Counted from the first letter of the stretch, positions 1-17,799 are shown. The stretch: DNA of 64,000 bases from Anthoceros angustus (GCA_010909165.1 MU008183.1:682001-746000), one strand, 5' to 3'. The notes: generated by a model not told the origin, from the letters alone. Numbers and translations: made by a program.

Positions 1-400
1 CCCAGTCATCCTTATCACACATAATCAACTTGTCAATGTTGCCCACTAAGTCATCCATATTAGGTACAATTTCCGGTATGCTAAAAAACGCACTAACAGG
101 CTTACCGCTACTACTCACAAATCATATACCCAACTCATCCTTATTATACGATCAACTTATCATACCAATCAACTCACAAGTCATCTGCCCAAGTCATTTT
201 TGTTATACAATCAACTTACCACTACTATTCATAAATCATTTATCCAAATCATCCTTATTAAACAATCAACTTATTATTCTTGCTGACAAAGTCATCCGCC
301 CGGTCATCCTTATCATACACAATCTACTTGTCAATGCTACCCACTAAGTCATCCATATTAGGTAGAGATTCCCGGTATGTTCAAAAACGCACTAGCAGGT
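1..400. repeat. Degenerate tandem repeat (about 298-bp duplication built from about 60-bp subunits)
   Basis: 1-100 (gtcatccttatcacacataatcaacttgtcaatg...cactaacagg) recurs at about 303-400; the motif tcatcc..ttat..aatcaactt recurs several times in between. Confidence 0.75.
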
Positions 401-1437
401 GCACCTCCCAGTGTCGGGGTTTGGGTGGCCAGCAACTCCTCCAAGTTCGTACCGCGGTTGAGACACAACTGGAAAATCGGTGGCCCCAACGGTGGCACCA
501 GGTCAATTATCCCTTGAATCAGTAGCCAACAGCTTTCCAGAGGGACCCATCTAAAATGATCGGGGTGTTCTGGATCCGTGAGGGGAAAGCTAGGCTTCGC
601 AGGCTGCTCAGGCTGCTTAGATTGCTCAGGCTGCTCAGATTGCTCAGGCTGCTCAGATTGCTCGGGCTGCTCAGATTGCTCGGGCTGCTCAGATTGCTCA
701 GGCTGCTCAGATTGCTCAGGCTGTTCAGGCTGCTCAAAGTAGAGCAGCACAGCTTTGTGCTCGGCGAGACCTATCTCCACCAAATTGGGACTCGTTCTGT
801 ACTCTCCGAAGTGGAGAATGGGCGGCCAAATGTGACCGGGTCTCAACGTTCCTGCGTCCTTCAGGCTATGCAGGATATCCCTTAGCCTAACTACGCTGGA
901 ATCTCCGTACAGTTTCACTGCCCCCTTTAACCAATGTAATAGGCGGCACGAGCCCATGGCCCAATAATCATCCACCAGAAGATAGAGCTTGCGTGTTCCC
1001 TCTATCTCTCGTTCGTGTATGGCCAACAAGCGCACTATGAACTGGTCCTTCATGTCGTCCCTGACGGAACTCCACACCAGTTTTGTGGCAGAGTTGGGAC
1101 CATCCGCCAAATCACCAGCTACATTCCGGGCAGGCCGTGAATCGGCATTAATCGGCCTAGGATTGAACAGCACGGCCATATGCGAGGACCTCGGAAGGCT
1201 CCTTTGCTCCATGACATTCGTTTCCTCCCGAGCACCAGCTACATTCCGGGCAGGCCGTGAATCAACAATGTTAATCGGCCTAGTCGAATTGAACGGCACG
1301 GTCAGATGCGAGGGCCTCGGAAGGCTTCTTTCCTCCATGACATTCCTTTCCTCCCTCCCGCTCCCTGCAGAATCCTCGCCCTCCGTCTGTGTATTCGTGT
1401 TTTCCTCCCTCGAGCTCTCTGAATCCTCTTCCTCCAT
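358..1437 (-). CDS. Hypothetical 359-aa protein with an internal 39-40 aa duplication and (PEQSEQ)n low-complexity tract
   Basis: Long uninterrupted ORF starting at ATG, acidic N-terminus, plausible globular middle (KLYLLVDDYWAMGSCRLLHWLKG). No family recognised. Confidence 0.5.
   Translation of the reverse strand: MEEEDSESSREENTNTQTEGEDSAGSGREERNVMEERSLPRPSHLTVPFNSTRPINIVDSRPARNVAGAREETNVMEQRSLPRSSHMAVLFNPRPINADSRPARNVAGDLADGPNSATKLVWSSVRDDMKDQFIVRLLAIHEREIEGTRKLYLLVDDYWAMGSCRLLHWLKGAVKLYGDSSVVRLRDILHSLKDAGTLRPGHIWPPILHFGEYRTSPNLVEIGLAEHKAVLLYFEQPEQPEQSEQPEQSEQPEQSEQPEQSEQPEQSEQPEQSKQPEQPAKPSFPLTDPEHPDHFRWVPLESCWLLIQGIIDLVPPLGPPIFQLCLNRGTNLEELLATQTPTLGGAPASAFLNIPGIST
598..735. repeat. 18-bp minisatellite (caggctgctcagattgct), about 7 copies
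   Basis: Directly visible; encodes PEQSEQ repeats on the minus strand. Confidence 0.95.
1113..1355. repeat. About 120-bp direct duplication inside the 358-1437 ORF
   Basis: caccagctacattccgggcaggccgtgaatc occurs at about 1113 and 1234; encodes NVMEERSLPRPSH...DSRPARNVAG twice. Confidence 0.9.
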
Positions 1438-2324
1438 CCGTGAATTCAGTTTTCCTCCATCCCTGAAGAATATAATGCTTTAATCGAATCGCACCATTAA
1501 TTTAGGGAAGTTTGCGACGCTGTATGTAGATGTTTGCGGTCTGGTGTCTCTCTGGCGACCGTTGGCCCACGAACCGTGTTTCATCTTCCAGCGGAAAATC
1601 CCTGCCCTAATTCCCACCAAATTGAATCCGAAAGCAGTGTTCCAGAAAGCACCGATAATTGGGCAGCATGCTCATCATCCGATTCAGCTACCTACTTCAT
1701 AGGTTGCTTACATTCTGTTTTCATGACATTCATTCTCGTTTTTCTCTTTTGTCATCCGTAGCACCTCTCGTCTTCCAGGAGTTGGCTGTGACGCTGCTCG
1801 TCTTCAGGCATGACGACCTACGACGACGATGTCAGCTCGGGCTCGCAGCCCTGCGGCTTGTGATACGATCCGCAGCTACATCTGCTTTGAATCCTTCGGA
1901 GCGCTCCAGATCACTTCCCGGAGACCGCGGACGATCTTTTGAAGCCCGATGACACGGACTTGCCCTTCACAGCCACCGACGGGTAATTTGGCTATCACCA
2001 CTAAGCTAAACGACGAGGCTTTTCTTCACTGATTCCTTCCGGTCGTTTTGGTGTGTCTACAGTCGGGAGGCTGTGCTGTGAGCAGGCTCAGCAGCCGATC
2101 GGTCCTTCGCCTCCGTCCGCCACGCTGGAGTCGGTGGACATAGCCAGTTGGAGTGTCAAGGAGCGACACAGGAGTGAAACTTACGGGAAACTTCTGGATG
2201 CTCCAAACGACATGCGATATGGACGCCTGCTTTCTTGCGAAAAACTTTTTGAGTATTTCCATGTTCTCTAAACATGGACGATTACCCGGGCCGATTGACT
2301 ACCTACTGGGATGGGGTGTTGAAA

Positions 2325-2505
2325 TCAGGGATTGTCCAATTTGAGCATTTGAGCCATTGTGGAATAAAGAGACAAACAACAACAACGACACAGAAGAAAA
2401 ATCTCCAACACAGGGTGTTAGGAATCAGGATTGTCCAATTTGAGCCATTGTGGAATAAAGAGACAGAAAAAACGACAACACAGAAAAAAATTCTTCAACA
2501 CAGGC
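2325..2505. repeat. About 95-bp tandem duplication, 2 copies
   Basis: aatcagg(g)attgtccaatttgagc...gtggaataaagagaca...caacacagg appears twice. Confidence 0.85.
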
Positions 2506-2563
2506 TGGACAAAAGCTGTAGACCGTAGAGGGAAGACGGAGCTAGACTCTAAACTTAACAGAA

Positions 2564-3139
2564 ATGTGGTGTATAATGGAAGGTGCGAGCTCGGTTGAAA
2601 TGGCGGAGCTCATCGGGCGGCCGCAAGGGGACCCTGTCATTTCCGCCTTCCTCGCTAGCTTGGGCCCCAGTGTGGTCAGGCCCGAGAAGAAGGCCTTCCC
2701 AGCTTTGAAGAACCGGCCTGCATGTGAGTACCAAAATTACAAGCAGCTCGGTGTCTCGCTTTGTTTCGAGGACGGCAAGTTGCAAGCCATTCACCTCTAC
2801 AGCCAGTGCCATGGGTACAGCAGCTACAAGGGAGATATGCCCTTCAACGCCAGGTGCGCTGTTTCAAAAGTGTCTTGTTTGGCTGCTCAATCGTACAGTG
2901 AAAATGCTTGTGTCAGTCACGCCCAAGTATTCTACGCTTGCAGGATGGATATGACTGGGAGAGAAGTGGTGGAAATGCTGGGCGAACCAGATCGGAAGAC
3001 GGGTGGGGGAAGAGCCGGTCCCATTTCCATCGCCTACCTGGACAAAGGTCTGCAGTTTAATTTCAGTAGTAGGGACTGGGAGAACAGTGAAAGCAACATA
3101 GAGAACGTCACTATACACCATCCTCAGACTGCATCCTGA
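2564..3139 (+). CDS. Small uncharacterised alpha/beta protein (about 157-161 aa after removing a 90-bp intron, 2854-2943)
   Basis: GT at 2854 and AG at 2942-2943; splicing gives ...FNAR|MDMTGREVVEMLGEPDRKTGGG... Motifs YKQLGVSLCF, AIHLY, LGEPDRKxGGG, IAYxxxGLQFxF look like a real domain. Alternative ATG at 2576. Confidence 0.75.
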   Translation: MWCIMEGASSVEMAELIGRPQGDPVISAFLASLGPSVVRPEKKAFPALKNRPACEYQNYKQLGVSLCFEDGKLQAIHLYSQCHGYSSYKGDMPFNARCAVSKVSCLAAQSYSENACVSHAQVFYACRMDMTGREVVEMLGEPDRKTGGGRAGPISIAYLDKGLQFNFSSRDWENSESNIENVTIHHPQTAS

Positions 3140-3800
3140 TCTGCAGAGGGAGCATTTGGAAATGTACAGGCTTATGCCATTATACACTACCCGCGGACTG
3201 TTGCGTCCCAACTTTCAACAAGATACTCTGAATTGGAAATAGATATGGGGAAGCCTCTACTTGCTTTTATAATCGCCTTCCCTTGGCCTCAACCGACCGA
3301 GGACTCGACGGAAGTTCCCACGCTATTGAGATGGAAACGCCCTGCAAGAATTCGGTATAAATTCGATACATGAGCTTTACTCGAAGAATAAAACGTTCGC
3401 TCCAGCTTAAGATGAACTCTTCAAACAATTTATGCAGCGCTTAACATAGAGTGGTACTGACCCCAACGACTTCTGTAGTGGAACACAACCTGCGAGCCAT
3501 GTCAATGGGGATCATATTAGAAATGTGAAACCACCAAACACCTCAGGTGTCCCTACCTGCCGAACACACAAGTGCCCAAATTTACCTGCAATACTCGAAC
3601 GTCTTCACTGAAGCACCGAGGATGGCTCCACATTGGCAGTCTAGCTTGAATTCACAAGTACGTTAAAGCAGCCAGTGTATGCTGATCATTCCAAGTATTC
3701 CGAATTTCTAGGCACCAGGAGCCCTGAGCAGTCACTAAGGGGCCCTGAAATAGACCAGATAAACACCCCCGTCATTCCCTCAAACGCGTTTTTAACAACT

Positions 3801-9669
<5,869 letters not shown>

Positions 9670-11320
9670 ACGGAGCACGGGACTCGATCCCGTTCCACCA
9701 GAACGCATCCGAAACCTGAAGATATCCCAAGCTGCTCTCCTCTTCACCAAAGAAGCTACACTCTCGGGTCTCAACACAAATCTTGCATCTAACACGGTCA
9801 CCAGCATCAAGCCGCACCGCTTCAAGCAAGCCACTACACGGGGTCCCTTAAATCAAGGCTCCTCCACACAAATCCACACCCGTCCTCCAGCAGCTCGCTT
9901 TCTCCATCGCCGGATCCACATTTCCACACGAATCGCTCTCCACCAAACTCCCAATCTCGCCTCCACATCCAGACAGCCAAAGAGGATCGTCCGAGCTGCC
10001 GGCTAGTCCAGCTGCAAAGCGACAACAATCCACGGCACTGCGAGCGCTCCCCGAGCTGGTGATGCAGCCAATTCCGGGCGCCCCGCCTGAGGCCTAGTCC
10101 TTGTCCTTGCTGGTGGCCCGTCATGCAGGATCCGGCGACACCGCAATCATCCAGGAGCTGGCATGCGGATAAGGGCGCGAGGCACAGCAGCAAGAGGGGC
10201 TGGACACGGGCGGAAGAGATCCAGAGGTGCGACCTCTCCTGGCTGGCATGCATCGCGCATTTGCTATTCCTGGCGTTTTACTTTTGTCCTTCCTGTGCCC
10301 CTGTACGCAAGAGCCACTCGGAACTTTGTCTGGATCAGCAACCGACCTTCCACGCGCTGCGAAAGGGTTAACTAACAAACCTTGGTGTACAGACATACAT
10401 ACCTGCTCCTCCACGCTACGTCACGACGGAAATGTGTCCTTTGTGGATTATAATACATTCCTTTTTTTCTTTCAAGTAGAAATTTGATTGAGAAGCCGTT
10501 AGGTACTGCGAGTTCTGTTCTTCAATGCTTATATTTTGAGAATTATTTGGAAGACAGCTCTAAGTCAACATAGTAAGACCCTTGTCACCAGTTATGCTAT
10601 TCTTAATGAATCTTGACATCAGGTTGTGAATAACTTGGAGCCAGGAAGCTAGCAGTGTGAATTCACAGCTGATTGCAGCGAAGAAATTACTAGCCAATGA
10701 TGCACAACAACCACTTGTTTCGGTGGAAGAGCCACTTTTAGCAGGAGAGAAACAGCCTGCGGTATACTTTCCATCACGAGCAATCCGATGTGTGACTTTT
10801 TTACTTGCTTGAGAAAATGAGCCGTTGTGGCAAACATGAGAAGACGGGCTCAGGGTTACATATGTAGCGACAAGAGGAGGTCTCTTTTTCGTGTACAAGC
10901 TTTTTGTTTATTTGTTCGCATATAGTTCTGTTAAATTCTACTTGCCGTTCTGTTGCCGGAACAAGCTCCTGCTGTTCCTGCGAATAGGACAATTGTATGC
11001 TGGAGTTGCTGCTGGGTGGTGGCAACTAGAGTGCATTGCAAAAAGACACATTCTCTTATTGCCTCTTGTAAGAGGATCGTACATATGTGAATCGTGTAAT
11101 TCCAACAACCAGGATTTACTTTCAGGATGGCATAAATTGGTACCTCAAACGATGCTGTGTTCGTGCCGGAAGAGAGGTGCTAGCTTTGCTCGGCTGTTTG
11201 AAATATGTATTTTGGATGTCGAAGAAGAAGAATAAGTCGTCTACTATTGTCTATGTGGATTGATTTTGCTACATAATGGTACTTGATATTTAACAACTTG
11301 CGACTAAGTTTCTAACTTGG

Positions 11321-11470
11321 TACTTCACAACTTGTACCACGGTGCGCCTAAACTACTTACGACGTTCTTAGGCTAAATGGACACATATTTATAAGATCAC
11401 CGTTATCAAACATCCTGCGCTTACATCGGTGCAAGTAGCTTAGGCACGCTATGGTACAAGTTGTTAAAGT
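11321..11470. repeat. Imperfect inverted repeat, about 38-bp arms
   Basis: acttcacaacttgtaccacggtgcgcctaaactactt (11322-11358) versus aagtagcttaggcacgctatggtacaagttgttaaagt (11433-11470). Confidence 0.7.
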
Positions 11471-11589
11471 CATCCACTTCCTCTAGGCACCCCATCTAAG
11501 TACCAATGAAAGCCTGGATGCTTAACAACCACGTCCTTATAAATGTGATCCATTGCCTAAGCCATTTGGACATACAAAGAGGGATATAG

Positions 11590-11775
11590 TTCCAATCAGT
11601 ATGATGAAATCGGTCATGCACCGTGTACAGTATTGAATCAGAGTGGCGCAGCCCCTACTCTCTTTGGTTTCTATATTGATGAGCTTGAGGAGTGGCTTCT
11701 TGCAACAGGTGACTGCTGTTGATGTGAAATGGATGTGCTGACCATTTACGGCACAAGTGATAATATCTAAGGGTA
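11590..11775 (+). mobile_element. Possible degenerate LINE reverse-transcriptase fragment
   Basis: Translation GAAPTLFGFYIDELEEWLL resembles the LINE RT QGCPLSPxLFxLYID region; in-frame stop follows and no intact YADD. Confidence 0.4.
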
Positions 11776-12421
11776 TAGATTCATTAAGAGTCGTACCTGT
11801 TGGTTAAGGTTACGTCCTCGGCCTAAGTTGTCTTTTCATGTTTAATTAATTAATATATATTTTGATTGATAAAATATAATTATTTATTCTATTTATCTAA
11901 TTGATCTACATAGTCTTATGATATAAGAGCTATGTATGTAGGGTGCATCTAGAAAGATGCACATCATTTTGTGAATTAGAAATGTGCACAAAAATAGTGG
12001 CAACGCGCTCAGCGAGCTCTCTTGTGCTGCGCTTGCCTCTTAGATGCTTGTGGGCACCGGTGGGAGAATCCCGGGCAGGACGATGTTCTGAAGTTCGGGC
12101 TTTGGCGGATCAGGAGCCGCCTCTTCCCGCCGCGCCGGTCGACCTGCTCGATAAGCTCGAGTCCCAGTCCCCGAGCCTGTCAGCTCTTCCTCCTCCTGCG
12201 GGTTCCTGGGGCAGATTTTTCCTGGACAGCAAACAAGAAGAGTTGAGCGAGTCGAGGCGGGAGCTGCGCTTGCGCAAACCCTCACTTCATGACACTCCAA
12301 CACGTGAGCTTGCAAGGCCAACCCGCAGCCTTGAGCAAAAGAATGGAAGCGGGAGGTCTGTGTCGACGTCGCTGCAACAACCTTCCAGTCAATTCCAGTG
12401 AAATTGGAATGCTTTCTGGAT

Positions 12422-12605
12422 GGATTTGTTCGCTGTCCACATCACAGAGAAACTACGTAAGGGATTTGTTCTTTGTCCACATCACAGAGAAACTATATAG
12501 GTAAGCGTAGGATTTGTTCTACGTTCACACCCAGAGAACCTATGCAAGTGTATGATAGGTGTGTAGAATGGACTTATTGTATGTCCACACACATAGAAAC
12601 TTTGT
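12422..12605. repeat. 40-50 bp tandem repeat, 3-4 copies
   Basis: gatttgttc...gtccacatcacagagaaacta repeated. Confidence 0.8.
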
Positions 12606-12649
12606 TGCTAATCTGTATATCAAGGATGTGGATTCCTGGAGTGTCGTAA

Positions 12650-14070
12650 TCACACAATTGATGCCCAACATGGGCTCAGGACTGCAAGAAGCCCTCCCTG
12701 TGTTAGAAAACTGAGGGCATCATTCTGGCCTATCATGTCGCTGTTGATTGTGTGTCCTCTGAAGACTATGGATGGAGCTCTGCAGGGCAAATCCAAATTC
12801 AGAAGTGGAGCTAGACAGGTAATCCTGTCACATGTGTGTGTCTTCTGAAGGCATGGGCTGAGGATGGAGCTCTGCACTGACAAATTCAAATTCAGCACTG
12901 GAGGTCGGATGAAGATATGGTTGTCGGCAGTTGCCTTGAGGCCGTTCGCAAATCTGCAGCAGCCTGGAAGAGGCTCGCAAAGTATGTGACCGATTTCCCA
13001 ACAGAGATGTGTTAACCTGGAATCATACAGCCGACATTGACCTAATTGAGTTGGCAGCCTTAGGCTAAGGCTGAAGGGGAGCTTGGTATGCATTTCGATA
13101 AAATATCGAGTAGCAAGGGCCGCTCAGCGTGCTCAAGCTGTACTTCTCATAAGTGTTTCCGTCACCTTGCCACCAGAGCCCTCGCTCATTCCTCACGTTC
13201 AATACCTGTAGATGAACGAAATTGGGTGTTCCCCGAGATATGACTCCAATGACACCTCGATCGCTCACATTCCTTGGGGAAGTGAAATTCAAATGAAGAC
13301 CCCAGCGGCAAGCTAAGTTCAAAATCCCAACCAGGAATTACTTTCGGGAATCGAAGTCGGAAGATCGAGTTTCATGCTTTCATGATTGTGAAAATTTCAT
13401 AAAGAGGCTTTGTTCAAGGCCTTCCTGGATGTTTGTCTTCCTGAGAAGCTTATCCATAAGCAGTCCAGCAATTTGGCTTTCAAATCTTTGTCTTCCTACA
13501 ATGTTTGTCCTACTGAGATATTTTCATAGGCATTCCAGCAAACTTTCTTGGCTTTCTCATCTTAAATTTCTGAGGTGATCGTTCATAGACAGGCCTTTGC
13601 TCATAAGCTTTCTTGTATCATAGGCAGTCCAACACCTTTCCTCAACTCTCTGATCTCCCTTCTCTTTCAGAACTGCTTGTTCACACGCAGGTCCTATTCA
13701 CATGCAGTCCAACAATTCCCAGCCAAACCCTATAGCTCGTCGTCTTCTTCTTTAGAACCTTATAACTTATGCCTTTCTAATTCAACGTACTTACACATTT
13801 CAACGACCCATTTTTACATTTCCTAAGGACATTGCCATCATCAATCTCCTGTATCCTTGCGCATGGCTGGGAACGGCAATTCAATCCCCCCTCCAGCCAC
13901 GCTTCTACAGGCATCTTGGAAATCGGAGCTCCCCCACGAACTACCTGCATCCACTTTCAAACGACACACCCCAGTCCTCCAGCTATTCGCATCTGCCATG
14001 GCCAGATCCACAAGCAAACGCAAGTGTTTCCGACTCCCGGTCCCGCCTCCACATCCCGCTCTGACAGTCA
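12650..14070 (-). pseudogene. Decayed 5' part of an LRR-RLK paralogue of the 3801-9669 gene
   Basis: 13100-13390 aligns by eye to 9060-9450 (RGVIGVISRGTPNFVHLQVLNV versus RGISGVIPREIGNLVYLQVLDV; KA*N at the KAWN position). 13860-14010 resembles the 5' region 9660-9915. Stops and frameshifts present; no kinase domain found. Confidence 0.7.
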
Positions 14071-14975
14071 TTTTCTATTCTGGCCTGGCCACGCTCCCCT
14101 TTGGTGCGGGTCAAGCAAGCAACGCGTTATGGAATCATCAATCGCGATCCTCTCAGACCAATTGGATAGGACCCAACGAGAATACTGAACCAAATGTGGT
14201 ATGGACTCATGTTTTACACTAATGGATAATAATATATCTATATTTTAATATAAATTTATGATAATAAATTTAACTATCTGTTAATAATTAAAAAAATATT
14301 CGCTGATTGTCCAGTAAATGGAAGATTAAATAAAAATATAAAAAATAAAATTAAGAATGAAGTGTAGAATGAAGTAATAAAATTGTGAGTAATTGTGTAA
14401 TGGTTGAGTTTAGAATTAGATCGTCGAATAGTTGAGCTTGCCACATCATTTTCACATAAACGTCACATTAGAGCTAGGAAAATTGTGGTCCAGTCGGAAC
14501 ATAATCCGCAGATTTTGCAAGCTAGACAAGCTAATTATGGCGTGAACCATGAGTCCATTATCATCCAATTTCTTACATCTAGTATTTGGGATGAGATGAA
14601 TAATGTCTTGTATTTGAAACGAGGTAAATAATATGTTATTACTAGTACTGAATATTATTAACCTAAACACTCTAGTAAGTTCTTTATCTCTAACATGTTC
14701 CTAATACAATAAAATACTTCATTTTGTATACATCATCTATGCTCCCTGTCAACATGGTTATGGGAGATCACCATATGGTTAACTGGTTGGGAACTATTCT
14801 TAGAGACTTTATTCTGAAAAAAAATGGAAAGCCCATGATACCAGTGGTAAGTAAGCCTTTCCCTATCTCGGACAGTGGTATTTGGGGACTATCGGGGTTA
14901 TAGGGTAGATTAGTGTGGGGCATACCCCCTTGGCCTGGTGCCTCGTCGTGGGTTGTCCTTGGTAGATGGTATCTT

Positions 14976-15175
14976 GTTCTTTTTATAAAGTCTCCACATT
15001 CTCTACCAAGATAAGGGGAACAACCCTTCGGAGATGGGATTTCTTATCTCATTCTTTTTATAAAGTCTCTACATTCTCTACCCAAGAGAAGGGGACAACC
15101 TTCGGAGATGGTTCCCAATTCTTTTTATAAAGTCTCCACATTCTCTGCCCAAGAAAAGGAATAACCTTGGGAGGG
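14976..15175. repeat. About 70-bp tandem repeat, 3 copies
   Basis: ttctttttataaagtctc(c/t)acattctct(a/g)cc.aaga..agg...aacc.t..g(g)ag occurs 3 times. Confidence 0.9.
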
Positions 15176-15761
15176 CACCAGACTGTGGGGACTAACCCCG
15201 TTGTCGCCAATATTGTAAGCCCCGTTGTCGGCTGGGATGGGATGAAGACCCGGATGAACCGCGGAATGAAGAGATGCCAGTCCGCTGTTTGAGATTCCGG
15301 GAAAGAGAAGGTTTGTGGATGGACAGGCCGTTACTACGCCGCCCTGGATAAAATATCTGAAATAAAAGATCATGGGGGCGTGGTGAAATGGTGAAAGGAC
15401 ATACACCTGGCCAGGTTCCAGGGCTGCATTTTGCCCCAGGATGTACAGTCGCATCACGCCTGCTTGACGAAAGTGGGATTAGGGCAAGGCCCGTGGATGC
15501 CCCCCAGCAGGCGTGTGACATGCGCGTGTAGGCGCATGTGTTGACGATGGACTTCACTGCCACCGCCCAACGGCTTGCGCGCTCTATATCTACCATCTCC
15601 AAATCCTTCTCGGCAGCCACTCAGCGCACTCCCGAGCCTGGTCCGCGTGCTGCCTTTTCCGCATTTCCTCTCCCGTTTCCGCCTGCTCTTGCACATCGCA
15701 TACTTGCGGATTCCGCAGAGGACGCTGAGCTTCCAGGCATTCCATCTCCGGGAGCGGAGCG

Positions 15762-17225
15762 ATGGCGGTGGAGAGGCAGCTCGGATGCTGCCTCCCGGTC
15801 CTGGCCGCGGCGTTTCTGCTGCTCCTGGCCTCGCACGGGGAAGCTGGCCATGTGAGGAAGTATTTGGCTCCGGCTTTGCAGTTTGATTTCTATGACGAGA
15901 GCTGCCCGCAGCTCGGGAAGATTGTGGAGGAGACGATTGCGTACTACACCAGCCTGGATGACACCACTCCGTCTCCGCTCATGCGCCTGTTTTTCCACGA
16001 TTGCTTCGTGCAGGTACAGCGCGTGTTTCCGTTTGTCTCGGATCTGCGTTTTGTGCGTGATTTGAGGAGTGTAGGTCCGGCGGGAAGTGTGAGTTGTCAG
16101 TTGCTGATCGGGATTGATGCGTTGGTGTGGCTGGCAGGGGTGCGATGCTTCGGTTTTGCTGAACTCTACGACAAAGAACAAAGCGGAGAAGGACGCTGAT
16201 ATCAATTTCAGCATCGGCAATTTCTTCGTCATTGATGACATCAAGGCGAAGCTTGAGAAAGAGTGTCCTGATACAGTGTCGTGTGCCGACATTCTTGCGG
16301 CTGTTGCTGTCTACTCCATCAAGCAGGTGCGTGCCGGTTAGCAGCTCAGGACCGGATTCCAAGACGAGAAATTTGTGTTGAATGGAGAGATCTTCGGGAT
16401 GGATGGATGGAGGCTAGGTACTCCATCCAGCACTCGGCGTGGAAGTTTACTATTGTTCTTTTTCAGGCGGGAGGGCCGCTGTTCCCGATCGAATATGGCC
16501 GGCGCGACGCGCTCCTTTCTTACGCGCAGAGTTCCGAGACGTTGCTGCCGGCTTTCCACCTCAATGTATCTGGCTTGAAGGAAGATTTTGAGAACGTCGG
16601 GCTTGACGTGACGGATCTGGTGGCTTTATCTGGTAATTGTTTTGACGCTCAAGTGGACCTGGTCATCTAGTCTTGTTACTAGACGGATCAATTTGGCGAG
16701 ATTTTGCTGACGTTTGTCAAGACTGACAGTGTATGGACCGCTGCTGCAGGGGCGCACACTATTGGACAGGGACACTGCTCCAGCGTGGCGGACAGGATTT
16801 ACCCCAAGGTCGACCCTTCCTATCATGGCGGATTGGGGCAAGAGCTTCTGGCCAACTGCACCGACAATGGCGCCCTGACTGGTCCCGATTTCGACCAAGA
16901 CGTGCAGTACTTTCTGGATCAAGTTACCAGCCTAGTTTTTGACAATCAGTACTTCAAGAACTTGGAGTACGGGCTGGGCGTTCTCACCTCCGACCACGTT
17001 CTCTTCACCGATCCCAGGACCAGGAAGCTGGTGAAGCTGTTTGCGAAGCGGCAGGATAAATTCTTCAAGCAGTTCGGGATCTCGTTACGGAAAATGGGCA
17101 AAATCAATGTGCTCACAGGCACTCAAGGCCAGATCAGGAAGCAGTGCTGGGTGAGGAATTCCAACAACCAGGATCCGGCGTTTGATCCCTTATCTCTGGA
17201 CTTCACCGACTCCACGGATCCTTAA
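15762..17225 (+). CDS. Class III (secretory) plant peroxidase, 4 exons: 15762-16013, 16138-16326, 16467-16632, 16750-17225 (360 aa)
   Basis: Signal peptide; RLFFHDCFVQGCDASVLL distal His motif; VSCADILA; GRRD; LVALSGAHTIG proximal His; FDNQYF; 8 Cys; canonical 3-intron layout with GT-AG sites; exon lengths sum to 1083 nt. Confidence 0.97.
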
Positions 17226-17766
17226 ACTCGCGCCGGTGGCTGTTTGCTGCAATTCCTTCATATTTATTATTTATCAGAATATCTCTAAGAGGTAAGCGAA
17301 ATCCGTCTCTGCGGTCTGGAGACGGAGTCAATTCTATACTATTCTTGGGAGGAAAGTCTCCCGAAGTCGAACCCGAACAAGGCATCCATCTATCCTGGGA
17401 GCCTGTCAGCGTGGCTCCGACCTCCTCCGTAAATGTTTGCATATATTCCGAAATTTTCGGATGTTCTCCGACATAGTTTTTGCTGTGAGCGATATAACGG
17501 AAAAGGAAAAAACAGGAAAAAGCCTGTGCTTGACAATTGGCATTGAGCGCAAGCTTGCAGGGATTGCCTGGAACGGTGGAAGTGAGTTTGTGTCAGGCTG
17601 TCTGGGAATCTGTGTATCGTGCATAACAAACAAAAGCTTGCAGCTTTCAGCTTCTGCTGCGTGCAGTCTCACATACAGCTTTTGATGATTCAGGAGAGTT
17701 TTATATTGCCTTTCTTGCTGGTTCATTCTTCTTGTAATATTCCTCCTCAATAGCAGTTGAATGCGT

Positions 17767-17772
17767 GTTGCG
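17767..17772. repeat. Left target-site duplication GTTGCG
   Basis: Identical 6-mer immediately flanks both TIRs (17767-17772 and 41388-41393). Confidence 0.95.
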
Positions 17773-17799
17773 TATGGAATACCGATCTCGTCACACGGG
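17773..17799 (+). repeat. Left terminal inverted repeat TATGGAATACCGATCTCGTCACACGGG
   Basis: Exact reverse complement of 41361-41387. Confidence 0.97.

Noticed and set aside
556-885. Plus-strand ORF with (RLL)n
   Set aside because: Antisense reading of the 18-bp PEQSEQ minisatellite.
10560-10900. Possible PPR E-domain remnant on the minus strand
   Set aside because: Similarity too weak and frame-inconsistent to support.
14404-14670. LRR-like (ISLSSLQNLRIMFRLDHN) or LINE endonuclease-like peptide
   Set aside because: Single degenerate motif in AT-rich DNA; the two readings conflict and neither is convincing.
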